DNA of 64,000 nucleotides from Candidatus Marinacidobacterium sp. (GCA_965204755.1 OZ242011.1:1216001-1280000); one strand, 5' to 3'. Shown: positions 1 through 9,434, counted from the first letter of the stretch. Numbers and translations: made by a program. The notes: a model not told the origin generated them from the sequence alone.

Positions 1-813
1 GGGCCGCCCGTCGAGCGCCTCGCGGAGTCCCGCCGCCAACCCTTCCGCCGAAGCCCCGTCGGCCACCGAGAAGAGGATCTCCCGGCGGCCCCGGGCCGGG
101 TCGTCGGCGACGCCGGCGGCGAGCAGGTCGTCGAGGGAGACGAGCACCTTGGGGCCGCGGGCGAAGAAGTTGATCCCGCCCCCCGGTTCGCGGGCGAGGA
201 TGCCGCGCACCTCGAAGCGCGTCCCGGCGAGGAGCAGCGCGTCACCGACTTCGAGGCCGAGGCGGGGCAGCAGTTCCGGTCGGACGAGCGCGCCGCCGCC
301 GGCCAGCAGGCCGGCGAGGAGGTCCGGACTCTCGTCCACCCCTTCCACTTCCAGCGCGCCGTGGAGCGGGAAGCCCGGGCCGACGCCTTTCAACTCCACC
401 ATCGCGCCCCGGTCGGGGTCCGCGGCGGAGCGGGCGAGGGTGGCGACCTGCGCTGTCCTGGTGACGCCGGCTAGGGGGTGGGCCTCCGCCGCCGCTTCGA
501 GCAGCGCCGCGGTCTCCTCGTCGAAGCCCTCCGAGGAGACGGCGGAGACATCGGCGGCCAGCAGGAACCGGGATTCGGTCAGCAGCGCTTCCCGGATGCT
601 GTCGGCGGCCGAGCGCAGCACGACCATCGCCGCGGTGCCGATCCCCACCGCGGCGAAGAAGAGGCCCAGCCGGCGCGCCGAGGAACGGAGTTCCCGGAAG
701 GCCATGCGCAGGGCGAAGCGCGCTCCGGCGCCGCCCCCGGGCGGCGGCGTCCGGCGGGTCGAGTCGGTCAGGTCGGTCAGGTCGGTCAGGTCGATCGGGT
801 CGGTCGGGGGCAC
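1..813 (-). CDS. ybbP: ABC transporter permease (YbbP/FtsX-like), 5' part; runs off the left edge of the window
   Basis: Not in the ORF track. Manual minus-strand translation gives MAFRELRSSARRLGLFFAAVGIGTAAMVVLRSAADSIREALLTESRFLLAADV, a typical YbbP N-terminus. Lies downstream of a ybbA-like ATPase and tesA. Start is GTG 813 or ATG 705. Confidence 0.8.
   Translation of the reverse strand, partial: MPPTDPIDLTDLTDLTDSTRRTPPPGGGAGARFALRMAFRELRSSARRLGLFFAAVGIGTAAMVVLRSAADSIREALLTESRFLLAADVSAVSSEGFDEETAALLEAAAEAHPLAGVTRTAQVATLARSAADPDRGAMVELKGVGPGFPLHGALEVEGVDESPDLLAGLLAGGGALVRPELLPRLGLEVGDALLLAGTRFEVRGILAREPGGGINFFARGPKVLVSLDDLLAAGVADDPARGRREILFSVADGASAEGLAAGLREALDGRP
764..806. repeat. 9-bp tandem repeat (TCGGTCAGG)x3 plus degenerate units, encoding TDL/IDL repeats
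   Basis: gtcggtcaggtcggtcaggtcggtcaggtcgatcgggtcggtc read directly. Confidence 0.8.
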
Positions 814-846
814 TCGCGCTCGGCCGGAGGCGCGGGCCGGGCTCAG

Positions 847-1070
847 CAGCCCGTGGAGAAAGTCCGGAGAGCCCCCGTCGGCGCGAAGCGCCGACCGGGG
901 AGGGGTGCGGGGAGGGGGTGTTGTCCCCCTCCCCGCGATAGATGGCGGGGGGAATCGCGCAGCGATTCGCGCCGCCGGCCCGTGGGAAAAGCGCCCCGCC
1001 GCGAAACCGAACGCGGGCTCGGCGCCCTCGCGTCGAGGAGTGGACGGCGGGGCGCTTTTTCCACGGGCTG
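847..1070. mobile_element. MITE-like non-autonomous element, copy 1 (224 bp)
   Basis: 15-bp terminal inverted repeats cagcccgtggagaaa / tttttccacgggctg (1 mismatch); flanked by 4-bp direct repeat TCAG (843-846, 1071-1074); second copy at 37913-38145. Confidence 0.85.
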
Positions 1071-1847
1071 TCAGCCGGCCGCGAGGGCCGGTTCCGGGAC
1101 GCCGACGGAGGACGGCGCGACCGAGGCCGCCGCCGGGGCCTCGAGGAGGTCGTCGTCTTCGTGGAGCCGGCCGGCGCGCAGCCGGAGGCGGCGGTCGGCG
1201 AGCGCGGCGAGGCCCGAGTCGTGGGTGGCCACCACCAGCGCCGCGCCGGTTCGTTCGCGGACGCCGAGCAGGAGTTCCGCGATGGCCCCTCCGGTCTCCT
1301 CGTCGAGGTTGCCGGTCGGTTCGTCGGCGAGCACGACCGCGGGTTCGTTCGAGATGGCGCGGGCGATGGCGACGCGCTGCTGCTCGCCGCCGGAGAGTTG
1401 CGACGGCAGGTGATGGCCGCGATCGGCGAGGCCGAAGGACTCGAGCAGGGCCTCCGCCCGGGCCTTCGCGCCGCGCTCCCCGGCGATCTCCAGCGGCACG
1501 CCGATGTTCTCCAGCGCGGTGAGGTTCGCCAGCAGGTGGAACGACTGGAACACGAAGCCGAGATGCCTCGACCGGAAGAGGGCGAGTTCCTCCTCGCCGA
1601 GTGAGGCGAGATCGGTCCCGGCGACCTCGACCCGGCCGGCGGTCGGGTGGTCGAGCCCGGCGAGCAGGCCGAGGAGCGTGGACTTCCCGCTGCCCGAAGG
1701 GCCGCGGATGCAGACGAGTTCGCCGGCGGCGACGGTGAGTTCGAGGCCGTTCAGGATGGTGAGGTCCCGGTCGCCGCTCCGCACCGTCCGGCGGAGGCCG
1801 GCGGCGCGGATCATCGCCGGGGGCGCGTCGGGAGGCGTCTCGGGCAC
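1071..1847 (-). CDS. ybbA: ABC transporter ATP-binding protein (YbbA/LolD-like)
   Basis: Walker A GPSGSGKS, signature LSGGEQQRVAIARA, Walker B VVLADEPTGNLD; lies between tesA and the permease. Confidence 0.9.
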   Translation of the reverse strand: MPETPPDAPPAMIRAAGLRRTVRSGDRDLTILNGLELTVAAGELVCIRGPSGSGKSTLLGLLAGLDHPTAGRVEVAGTDLASLGEEELALFRSRHLGFVFQSFHLLANLTALENIGVPLEIAGERGAKARAEALLESFGLADRGHHLPSQLSGGEQQRVAIARAISNEPAVVLADEPTGNLDEETGGAIAELLLGVRERTGAALVVATHDSGLAALADRRLRLRAGRLHEDDDLLEAPAAASVAPSSVGVPEPALAAG

Positions 1848-1868
1848 GATCGGGAGGGGAGAACGGAG

Positions 1869-2684
1869 TCAGGGATCGGAAGGTTCCGCCGCCGGCGCCG
1901 CCGCGCCGGAGGCCGCCCGCTCGAGCAGCGGCCCGATCGCGGCGAAGACATTGTCGGCGAGGCGGCGCGCGCCTTCGGCGTTGGGATGGATCCGGTCGCC
2001 GAGGTTCAGGGCGGGGTCCCCGGCCACCCCGTCGAGGAGATTCTCGAGGAGCGGCGTCCGCGTCTCGTCCGCGACTTCGCGGAAGGCGGCGCGGAACTCT
2101 TCGGCGTAGTCCGGCCCGAGTTCCGGGGCGGTGGGGACGCCGGCGAGCAGGACGGAGAGGCCCCGCCCCTCGGCTTCCCGGATCATGGCGCGCAGGTTGT
2201 CCGCCATCACGGAGGCCGGGACGCCGCGCAGGCCGTCGTTCCCGCCGAGCGCGAGGACCACCGCGCGAGCCGCGGGCTCCCGGTCGAGCACCCAGGGTAG
2301 CCGCCGAAGCCCGCCGGAGGAGGTCTCGCCGCTGACCCCGGCGTTCACCACGCGCAGGCCCGGCCCTTCCCGGTCGAGCCGCTCCTGCAGCCGCGCCGGC
2401 CAAGCCTCTTCGATCTCCAACCCGTAGCCGGCGGTCAGGCTGTCCCCGAAGGCGATGACCGCCGGGCGGTCGTCGGCGGGGTCTTCCGCCGGCGGGGGAA
2501 CCGGGGCGGGGGCCGGCGACTCGCGCGCCGGGGCGGGATCCCGGGGCCGGTCGTCGTCGCCGCAGCCGAGCGCGAACGCGCCGGCGGCCGCGAGGAGGGC
2601 GAGCGGCGGATTCCGGCGGCCGCGCCCCCCTCGGAGGGCGCGCAGGGAGCCGGAACCGGGCCGGCCCGAAAGGAGGAGTCTCAC
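1869..2684 (-). CDS. tesA: Arylesterase/acyl-CoA thioesterase I (GDSL/SGNH family), predicted lipoprotein
   Basis: FGDSLTAGYG, NAGVSGETS, LGGNDGLRG and DRIHPN blocks; lipobox AFALG-C. Start estimated at GTG 2684; the 740-aa track ORF is over-extended. Confidence 0.9.
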   Translation of the reverse strand: MRLLLSGRPGSGSLRALRGGRGRRNPPLALLAAAGAFALGCGDDDRPRDPAPARESPAPAPVPPPAEDPADDRPAVIAFGDSLTAGYGLEIEEAWPARLQERLDREGPGLRVVNAGVSGETSSGGLRRLPWVLDREPAARAVVLALGGNDGLRGVPASVMADNLRAMIREAEGRGLSVLLAGVPTAPELGPDYAEEFRAAFREVADETRTPLLENLLDGVAGDPALNLGDRIHPNAEGARRLADNVFAAIGPLLERAASGAAAPAAEPSDP

Positions 2685-2762
2685 CAACGGCTTCGGAGTG
2701 TTTCGGTCGGGCGCGCCGGAAGGATATCCCCCGTACCATCCCGCCGCCCCGCGCCTCCTTCC

Positions 2763-3257
2763 GTGTCCTCGACTCCCCCGCGCCGCTCGCCGGCGCCGAC
2801 CGGCCCGGGCGCGGAGCGCGAGCGCCTGGTGGTGTTCCTCTGCGTGGCCAACTCGGCGCGCAGCCAGTTGGCCGAAGCCCTCGGGCGGGAGTTGGCGCCG
2901 CCCGGCGTCCGGGTGGAGAGCGCCGGATCCCACCCCTGGCGGGTGCACCCGATGGCCGTCCGCGTCCTCGCGGAAGCCGGGCTCGACATCTCCGGCGCGC
3001 GGTCGAAGCCGGTCACCGAAGTCCCGGTGGCCTCCGCCGACACGGTGATCACGCTCTGCGCCGAGCAGGTCTGCCCGATCACTCCCCCCGGCGTCCGCCG
3101 TCTCCACTGGCCCTTCCCCGACCCGTCGGAGGCTTGGAGCGAACCGGAGCAACTCGCGCGATTCCGCGAAACCCGCGACGCCCTCCGGGAGCGGATCGCC
3201 GACTTCTTCGCGGAGCGGTTCGGCACTCGCGCATCCCGCCCCCGTCCGGCCGAGTGA
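2763..3257 (+). CDS. arsC: Arsenate reductase ArsC (LMW-PTP fold, thioredoxin-type)
   Basis: P-loop FLCVANSARSQLAE, ITLCAEQVCP, HWPFPDP. Confidence 0.85.
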   Translation: MSSTPPRRSPAPTGPGAERERLVVFLCVANSARSQLAEALGRELAPPGVRVESAGSHPWRVHPMAVRVLAEAGLDISGARSKPVTEVPVASADTVITLCAEQVCPITPPGVRRLHWPFPDPSEAWSEPEQLARFRETRDALRERIADFFAERFGTRASRPRPAE

Positions 3258-3268
3258 CGACCGCACCT

Positions 3269-4396
3269 CTAGACAACGAACACGAAATCGTGTTCGACGC
3301 CGCGCGAAGTTCCCCTTCCCCGAAACGCACTGGCCTGCGTACGCGGCACCTCCGAAGTGACACCCTCCCCAACGACGCACACGCGCCGGTTCAGCTCCCT
3401 GTCCAGCGCATTCTCGAGTCCCGCCGCCAACTCCGCCTTCTCGAAAGCCCGCCCGCCGATGCGCACGACGATACGCGCCGACTCGTCCAGTAGCGGTCCG
3501 AACCCACGCACTGACTCCCCGATGAACTCCCAATACGCCCCCTTGTCGCGATGCCGGTCGTCTCCTCCGGCGGTACGCACTTCGGGGTCGCCGCCGAGAA
3601 ACCACGCGCGAAGCCACTGATCCTCGCGATAGTTCGTCGTGTCTAGGTACGGCGGCGATGTCACCACATCCGTAACCCTCCCGAGCAGTCTCGGAAAGGC
3701 GTCCGCGGCCCGCCGTGCATCGGATTCCACCACTTCGCCCGCTTTCGTCGGCGGCGCCGTGGTGAATCGGTATTCCGCCATTCGCTCCAGTATGTCGAAG
3801 ACATCTTGAGGAGGTGGCTCCGACTTCGTTCGCCGCCACCACCGAACGGAATAGTCGGGTTTGGTGCTGATCGTCCTCGGAAGGCGGTTGCTGAAGTAAT
3901 TCCGCGACCGATGCGACTCTCCATGAAGTGCGCCAAGACACAGCGCGGCAATGAACCGATCGTCCTTCCGTCGACGCCAGTCCAAAGTCGCCCGTAGATA
4001 CCGCACCTGTACCATCGTTCCTTCGTGATAGCACATCCCGAAGAACTCGCCCAAGTTGCCGTCCCACCCCCGATCCTGTGGCTCCACGCACTCCGAACGC
4101 AATTCCCCCACGCGCTCCTTGACCTGCACCAATGTCGGTGGGTCACACTTCGCACCGGCGATGCAGACTGCCACGGGATTCCGGTCACAGCCGGCCCCTT
4201 CGCGCCCGGACAGGAGCGCCTCGAACATGGTCGTCCCACGACCGCAAAACGGGTCGAAAACGACACCCGAGTACTCGCTGGCAACCAACTGCTCTCGCAC
4301 AAATGCTTCGGGAAACATGGCAAAGTACGGGCAAATCGCATGGAACCGATGTCTCACGCCACGCTCCTCCCCCGCTTTCGGTACGAGTGTACCCAC
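3269..4396 (-). CDS. Site-specific DNA amino-methyltransferase (probably N4-cytosine, alpha motif order)
   Basis: SAM motif I DPFCGRGTT precedes catalytic motif IV TSPPY; N-terminal HAICPYFAMFP; lower-GC segment. Confidence 0.85.
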   Translation of the reverse strand: MGTLVPKAGEERGVRHRFHAICPYFAMFPEAFVREQLVASEYSGVVFDPFCGRGTTMFEALLSGREGAGCDRNPVAVCIAGAKCDPPTLVQVKERVGELRSECVEPQDRGWDGNLGEFFGMCYHEGTMVQVRYLRATLDWRRRKDDRFIAALCLGALHGESHRSRNYFSNRLPRTISTKPDYSVRWWRRTKSEPPPQDVFDILERMAEYRFTTAPPTKAGEVVESDARRAADAFPRLLGRVTDVVTSPPYLDTTNYREDQWLRAWFLGGDPEVRTAGGDDRHRDKGAYWEFIGESVRGFGPLLDESARIVVRIGGRAFEKAELAAGLENALDRELNRRVCVVGEGVTSEVPRTQASAFRGRGTSRGVEHDFVFVV

Positions 4397-5355
4397 TCCT
4401 TTGCGTCTTCCAGACGCTTGTATCCCTCGATCTTGACACTGCGTTCCACCAGTTCGGCCGCTTCCTCCACCCTCCGCGGCACTCGAAGTCGGTGAAGGAT
4501 GTTGCCTAGTGTCCGTACATCATCGATGAACTGAACCCGATCGATCACGAACGGCACGACCATGTAAGGAACGAATTTCGTCGCTGGTCGCGGGAAGAAC
4601 CATCGATCCTTGAAGGCCTCCATGTGGTGCAGCACACTCTTGTCTCTCATGTCCCTTCCTGTCGCTACTTGAGCTACCGCTAGAAGGAATCCAGGAAAGT
4701 GATCCCGATGGTGACGAGCCGCGAACACATCAATCCCATCGTCCTTCGGATGACTCGGCGCACCCGGTTGCGGCTCTACTCGCCCATCGCCGAGACACCT
4801 CCAAATCGTCTTCAGTTTCTCCAGAAAGCCTGACCGATCTGGTCGCGGGAATCCAAATGACCACGCACTGCCCTGGATCTCCGCGGCCATCGCCGCAGTA
4901 GCAAAGAACTGAAAGAACTCCCTCAGTGAGGGAATTTCAGCGTCCGTCGGATGGAGATCCGAGTCACTTAGAAGGTCGGAGGCCGAACGGAGATTCGACA
5001 ACACAAGACTCAGAATGTACGCGACTTGACCCATGGAGTCTTTGCGCAAGTCGCACATAATGACGTCGCCCGAGTCATCCAACTGGAACGGGTATGCTGC
5101 ACCCAGTATGTGACGCCGTGATTCCACACACTCGGCCGTGCGTGACTCCGCCTCTTCCTCGCCGCGGCTGAGTTCGTCGTCAAGATTAGCGTAGTCGTTC
5201 GACGCTGCGATGCCCAGTTGATTACCGAGAGTTGAAATGCGCTCCGTGCCATCCGCCGAGAAGAACGCGGCAAGTTCAAGAAAGTCCGCAAGGAGATCAA
5301 AATCGAGGTGGCCCGGCGTGGCGGCATCCCTCGGGAAGGAGAGGCGCGTCGTCAT
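4354..5355 (-). CDS. Hypothetical protein with a PD-(D/E)xK/Mrr-like nuclease motif
   Basis: 333-aa ORF coupled to both neighbours; KDDGIDVFA...AQVATG resembles the D...QxK-type restriction-endonuclease core. Confidence 0.6.
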   Translation of the reverse strand: MTTRLSFPRDAATPGHLDFDLLADFLELAAFFSADGTERISTLGNQLGIAASNDYANLDDELSRGEEEAESRTAECVESRRHILGAAYPFQLDDSGDVIMCDLRKDSMGQVAYILSLVLSNLRSASDLLSDSDLHPTDAEIPSLREFFQFFATAAMAAEIQGSAWSFGFPRPDRSGFLEKLKTIWRCLGDGRVEPQPGAPSHPKDDGIDVFAARHHRDHFPGFLLAVAQVATGRDMRDKSVLHHMEAFKDRWFFPRPATKFVPYMVVPFVIDRVQFIDDVRTLGNILHRLRVPRRVEEAAELVERSVKIEGYKRLEDAKEWVHSYRKRGRSVA

Positions 5356-6482
5356 TCAGGATGGTCCTCGCCGTCTGACTTTTTCTTCATACTCTGCCAG
5401 ACTAGACCGGCAGTTTCCTTGACGTCCGCGGCGATTTCAAGTAGTGAGCGATCTTGACCATCATACGCACGTAGTGAATTGGCACACTCACCGATGGCAT
5501 CTCGCGCACGAACCAACGACGCCGTAAACCGTCTGTCAACGGGTTCGGTCGCTGCGTACGCGGCATCAAGATCTCTTGTAGATTCCAGCACATGTCGCCC
5601 CTGCGCGTGGGCAAGAACTTCTCCGAGATACTTGATATGTGGATTCTGAGCACGAACGACAGGTGCGACGTCCTCGCTGCGTGATCCGTAAATCCACGAG
5701 AGCACCCGCTCAAGTTGCAGGAACTTCTGTCGAGGTATCGGATTCGGACGCGGATCATACCGTGCCCACCGAGTACCGAGACCGAGGTACTTCATGTAGG
5801 GCGATCTTCCGAGAGCAGTGTACAGGTGAGAAAAATTGAATCTCTTGCTGTACCGATCGTCAATACGGAAGAGACCTTCATCGTGCGCTTGGTCGAGCAC
5901 GTAGATGGCGGAAACCATCCGCTTTATGGTGTCGTGTCGATCTCCGATCGCGTTAGCGATGTGGTCCATCGTCACATCCTGTCGTAACGCGGACTCGTAC
6001 CACTGGGCAGCAAACCTAGCCTTCGCATAGGCGTCCCATTTGGCGGGCCCATTGATGTGCTTGAACCCGATGAATGATCGCGCTTCCTCGCGACTGTCGA
6101 CCGGGTACACCGATACGCTGTCGAGAGAGCGGCGCCTGGACTGGTCGACACTTGGGACACTGATGCTGAGGCCGCCCGTCGAGTTGATGCGATCGACGAG
6201 GTCGCGCTCCCGCAGCAGGCGCAACGCCGCGAGGCGCCTGTTCCCTTCCAGAACGACAAACTTGGACGTCATGGTCCGCAAGCCGATCAATGGCTCGATG
6301 TCCATATAGCCGTTGGCCGATATCGACTGCAACAACTCATCGAGTTCGGCGGCCAAGTAGAGACGGGCGATGATGGACTCCTCGGTTGTTGCGGCTTGGC
6401 CGACCAGCCGGGGATTCTTGTCGTCAAGCATGAGGAGCCCAATTTCGACTCGTTGAATTTCGTGAACCGGTGGAGGCGTCAT
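5352..6482 (-). CDS. ParB/Srx N-terminal domain protein
   Basis: LDDKNPRL, SISANGY, EPLIG, VVLEGNRRLAALRLL ParB/sulfiredoxin motif; stop overlaps the next ATG (ATGA). Confidence 0.75.
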   Translation of the reverse strand: MTPPPVHEIQRVEIGLLMLDDKNPRLVGQAATTEESIIARLYLAAELDELLQSISANGYMDIEPLIGLRTMTSKFVVLEGNRRLAALRLLRERDLVDRINSTGGLSISVPSVDQSRRRSLDSVSVYPVDSREEARSFIGFKHINGPAKWDAYAKARFAAQWYESALRQDVTMDHIANAIGDRHDTIKRMVSAIYVLDQAHDEGLFRIDDRYSKRFNFSHLYTALGRSPYMKYLGLGTRWARYDPRPNPIPRQKFLQLERVLSWIYGSRSEDVAPVVRAQNPHIKYLGEVLAHAQGRHVLESTRDLDAAYAATEPVDRRFTASLVRARDAIGECANSLRAYDGQDRSLLEIAADVKETAGLVWQSMKKKSDGEDHPE

Positions 6483-6874
6483 CTAGGTCACCGTGAGTTT
6501 CCGGACGGAGGCCGCCACGCCGGCGGATCCACGCTCAGTTCGCCGGCAGACCGGCAGGGGCTCACGGACGGGATTCGGCCGGTTGGCGGACACGGAGCAC
6601 GACCATCCGCGGCACAAGCAGCCAACGACGACAGGGCCGGGCGGTTGGGCATCACAGGAGGTGGGCCATCTCGGCCACCGGCCACCGGCACGCTTGCCGG
6701 CGCTTGGCGGCTATCGGGCCTGAAGGGGCCGGCGGTAGAACCGCGCCGGCACTGCGCTCTCCCGCGAATGATAGAGGAACAGCGAACTGTCTGCCCGCCC
6801 CACGGGGGGGACACAGGCACGAGTGCCCGAGCCGACCGCCGGCGTAGTGAGTTCGCGGGTTGGCGCCGGTTCTC

Positions 6875-8551
6875 TCACGGCGATTCCGCGTGTTCCCCGG
6901 CCGCGGGCGGTTCCGAGAGGGTGATCTCCCGGGCTTCGTCGAGGGAGACCGCCTCGAACCGCACCGCGGTCCCGGGGAGGGCCTGGGCGAGGCGGGCCAG
7001 GTCCGGGGCGGCGACGCAGCCGATCTTCGGGTAGCCGCCGGTGGTGCCCTGGTCGGCGCCCATCACGATGGGGAGGCCGCTCGGGGGGACCTGGATCGCG
7101 CCGGGCGGGTTGGCGTCGGAGACGATCTCCTTCCGGCCCTCCCGGTGGGTGAGCAGCGGGCCGGCGAGCCGGACCCCCATGCGGTCGGAGTCGTTCGAGA
7201 CCGTCCATTCCCGGTCGCCGAGGGAAGCGAGGCACTCGTCGGTGAAGCAGTCGTCCTGCGGGCCGAGGCTGACCCGCAGGGTCATCCGGTCGGCGGCCGG
7301 CCGGCGGGCGTTCGGCTCGTAGCGGTTCTCCCGGGCGCCCTCCGGCGGCGGGCCGGCGAAGAGGCGGTCGCCGGCGCGGAGGGCGCGGCCCTCGACGCCC
7401 CCGAAGGCCGAGGTCAGGTAGGTGGCGGCGGAGCCGAGCACCCGGGGGACGGCGATCCCGCCGGCGACGGCCAGGTAGGCCCGCATTCCGGCGGGCGGGC
7501 CGGCGAAGCGGAGCCGGCTCCCCTCCGGGGCCAGGAACGAAGCGCCGACGGGCGCCCGCCAGCGGACGCCGCCTCCGGTCTCGAGCAGCGCGCCCAGGTC
7601 GGCGCCGCCGAGCGCCGCCAGCGTGTCGCGGACGAAGCGGAGTTCGGGGCCGAGGAGGGTGCATTCGAGCCCCGGGGCGTCGTCCGGGTTCCCCGCCGCC
7701 CGGTTGGCGAAGAGGAGCGACCGGGAGTCCGCGGCCCCCGCCCGGGGGACTCCGTGGCGGAGGTGGCCGCGGCGCCCGAGATCCTGCACGGTGGTCTGGA
7801 GCCCCGGTTTCACCACTTCGGCGAACGGCCGGGCCCCCTCCGGACGGGGCGCCCGCGCCGGGGACGCGCCGCCGCCCGGCGCCTCCGGGAGTTGAGCGAC
7901 CGGGAGGAAGCGGACGCGGTCGCCGGGGAGCAGGGCGCTCGGCGGGCTCTTCTCGACATCGAACAGGATCGCCGGGTCGGTGCGCCCGATGAGGTGCCAG
8001 CCGCCGGGCGTCACCCAGGGATAGATGCCGGTCTGGGCGCGGGCGAGCGCCACGGACCCCGCCGGGACGCGGATCCGCGGCGTCGAGCGGCGGGGAAGGT
8101 CGAGGCGCGGGTCGGTCATTCCCAGGTAGGGGAAACCGGGGGTGAAGCCGAGGACGAACACCCGGTAGTCGCGCCCGGCGTGGATCCCGACCAGTTCCTT
8201 CCGGGAGACGCCGGCCAGCCGCGCGACTTCCGGGAGGTCCTCCCCGTCATAGACGCAGGGAATCTCCATCCGGCGGGGCGCCGGCGGCGGTTCCCGCCCG
8301 GCCCGCGCCGCGAGCGCCAGGGTCTCCCGGCGCAGTTCGGCGGGGTCGGCCGCCGGGTCGTGGACCACGAGCACCGAGCGGTAGGCGGGCACCGCTTCCC
8401 GGAACCCCTCCGGGGTCTCCCGGTGGAGGAGTTCGGCGAGGGCGGCGGCCCGGATGTTGGACTCCTCGGAGATGCCGCCGCCGACTTCGATCGAGAACGC
8501 GGACTCCCCGGCGTCGAGGAGGCGCGGGTACTCGGCGGCGGGCGGCGGCAA
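6875..8551 (-). CDS. pxpBC: 5-oxoprolinase subunits B/C fusion (allophanate hydrolase subunit 1+2)
   Basis: VPAYRSVLV, LGFTPGFPYLG, QTGIYPWVTPGGWHLIGRT (PxpB); QTTVQDLGR, SDRMGVRL, QVPPSGLPI, TTGGYPKI (PxpC); adjacent to pxpA. Confidence 0.9.
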   Translation of the reverse strand: MPPPAAEYPRLLDAGESAFSIEVGGGISEESNIRAAALAELLHRETPEGFREAVPAYRSVLVVHDPAADPAELRRETLALAARAGREPPPAPRRMEIPCVYDGEDLPEVARLAGVSRKELVGIHAGRDYRVFVLGFTPGFPYLGMTDPRLDLPRRSTPRIRVPAGSVALARAQTGIYPWVTPGGWHLIGRTDPAILFDVEKSPPSALLPGDRVRFLPVAQLPEAPGGGASPARAPRPEGARPFAEVVKPGLQTTVQDLGRRGHLRHGVPRAGAADSRSLLFANRAAGNPDDAPGLECTLLGPELRFVRDTLAALGGADLGALLETGGGVRWRAPVGASFLAPEGSRLRFAGPPAGMRAYLAVAGGIAVPRVLGSAATYLTSAFGGVEGRALRAGDRLFAGPPPEGARENRYEPNARRPAADRMTLRVSLGPQDDCFTDECLASLGDREWTVSNDSDRMGVRLAGPLLTHREGRKEIVSDANPPGAIQVPPSGLPIVMGADQGTTGGYPKIGCVAAPDLARLAQALPGTAVRFEAVSLDEAREITLSEPPAAGEHAESP

Positions 8552-8647
8552 CGGCGGGCCGGGGGTTTCGGTCGGGGACCGGTTGAGCGGCGCGGCGGAC
8601 GGTTCGACGGACCGTTTGACGGACGGGGCGGGGCTCGCCGGGCGGGC

Positions 8648-9403
8648 TCAGGCGAGCGGCCGGACCTCGACGCCGGCCTCTTCGAGCCGCCGCCGCACCA
8701 GCCGGGCGTTCCCCAGGGCCGCCGGGTTGTCCCCGTGGAGGCACAGGGTCTCCGCTTCCACGGCGACTTCCGAGCCGTCGTGGGCGGTCACCGAACCCGA
8801 GGCGATGGCGACCGCCTGCGCCGCCGCCCGCTCCGGGTCGTGGATCACCGAGCCCTCGATCCGCCGCGACTGCAGGGTGCCGTCCGGGTTGTACACGCGG
8901 TCGGCGAACGCCTCGCCGGCGAAGCGGAGCCCCGCCTCCCCGGCGGCCTCGCGCATCGCGGACGAAGTGGCCAGGCCGACGAAGACCAGGTTGCAGTCGG
9001 CGCGGGCCACCGCGCGGGTGAGCGCCCGGGCCAGGGCCGGATCACCCACGGCCTGGTTGTAGAGCGCGCCGTGCGGCTTCACATGGACGAGCGAGCCGCC
9101 CCGCGAGCGGACGAACGCCGAGAGCGCGCCGACCTGGTAGAGGACATCGGCCTCGACTTCCTCCGGCGGCGCCTGGATCGGCCGCCGCCCGAACCCGCGC
9201 AGGTCGTGGTGCCCGGGATGCGCGCCGACCGCCACCCCCCGCCCGAGCGCCCGCTCCACGGTGAGGTCCATGATGACCGGATCGCCGGCGTGGAACCCGC
9301 AGGCCACATTCGCCGAGGTGACGATCTCCAGGATCTCCTCGTCGCAGCCGAGCCGGTAGTTCCCGAAACTCTCTCCCAGGTCGCAGTTGAGGTCTATCCG
9401 CAT
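8648..9403 (-). CDS. pxpA: 5-oxoprolinase subunit A (LamB/YcsF family)
   Basis: MRIDLNCDLGESFG, SANVACGFHAGDP, HVKPHGALYN, EAFADRVY, TLCLHGD; start taken as ATG 9403. Confidence 0.95.
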   Translation of the reverse strand: MRIDLNCDLGESFGNYRLGCDEEILEIVTSANVACGFHAGDPVIMDLTVERALGRGVAVGAHPGHHDLRGFGRRPIQAPPEEVEADVLYQVGALSAFVRSRGGSLVHVKPHGALYNQAVGDPALARALTRAVARADCNLVFVGLATSSAMREAAGEAGLRFAGEAFADRVYNPDGTLQSRRIEGSVIHDPERAAAQAVAIASGSVTAHDGSEVAVEAETLCLHGDNPAALGNARLVRRRLEEAGVEVRPLA

Positions 9404-9434
9404 GACCCCGATTCTACGCCCGACTTCAGGACTG

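Noticed and set aside
764-806. Possible CRISPR-like repeat
   Set aside because: 9-bp units with no spacers and no cas genes; simple tandem repeat.
149-1522. Long Arg/Pro/Gly-rich ORFs on opposite strands or alternate frames throughout (e.g. 149-1522, 6860-9514, 21400-23931, 56523-58850, 60174-63653)
   Set aside because: Shadow ORFs expected at ~70% GC; they overlap well-supported genes and carry no family motifs. Only the 3' part of 21400-23931 is real (ccmH).
1869-4091. 740-aa tesA fusion and other N-terminally extended track ORFs (gltA 884 aa, GWxTD 716 aa, HCDH/ECH 831 aa)
   Set aside because: The extensions overlap other genes and are low-complexity; the real starts are downstream.
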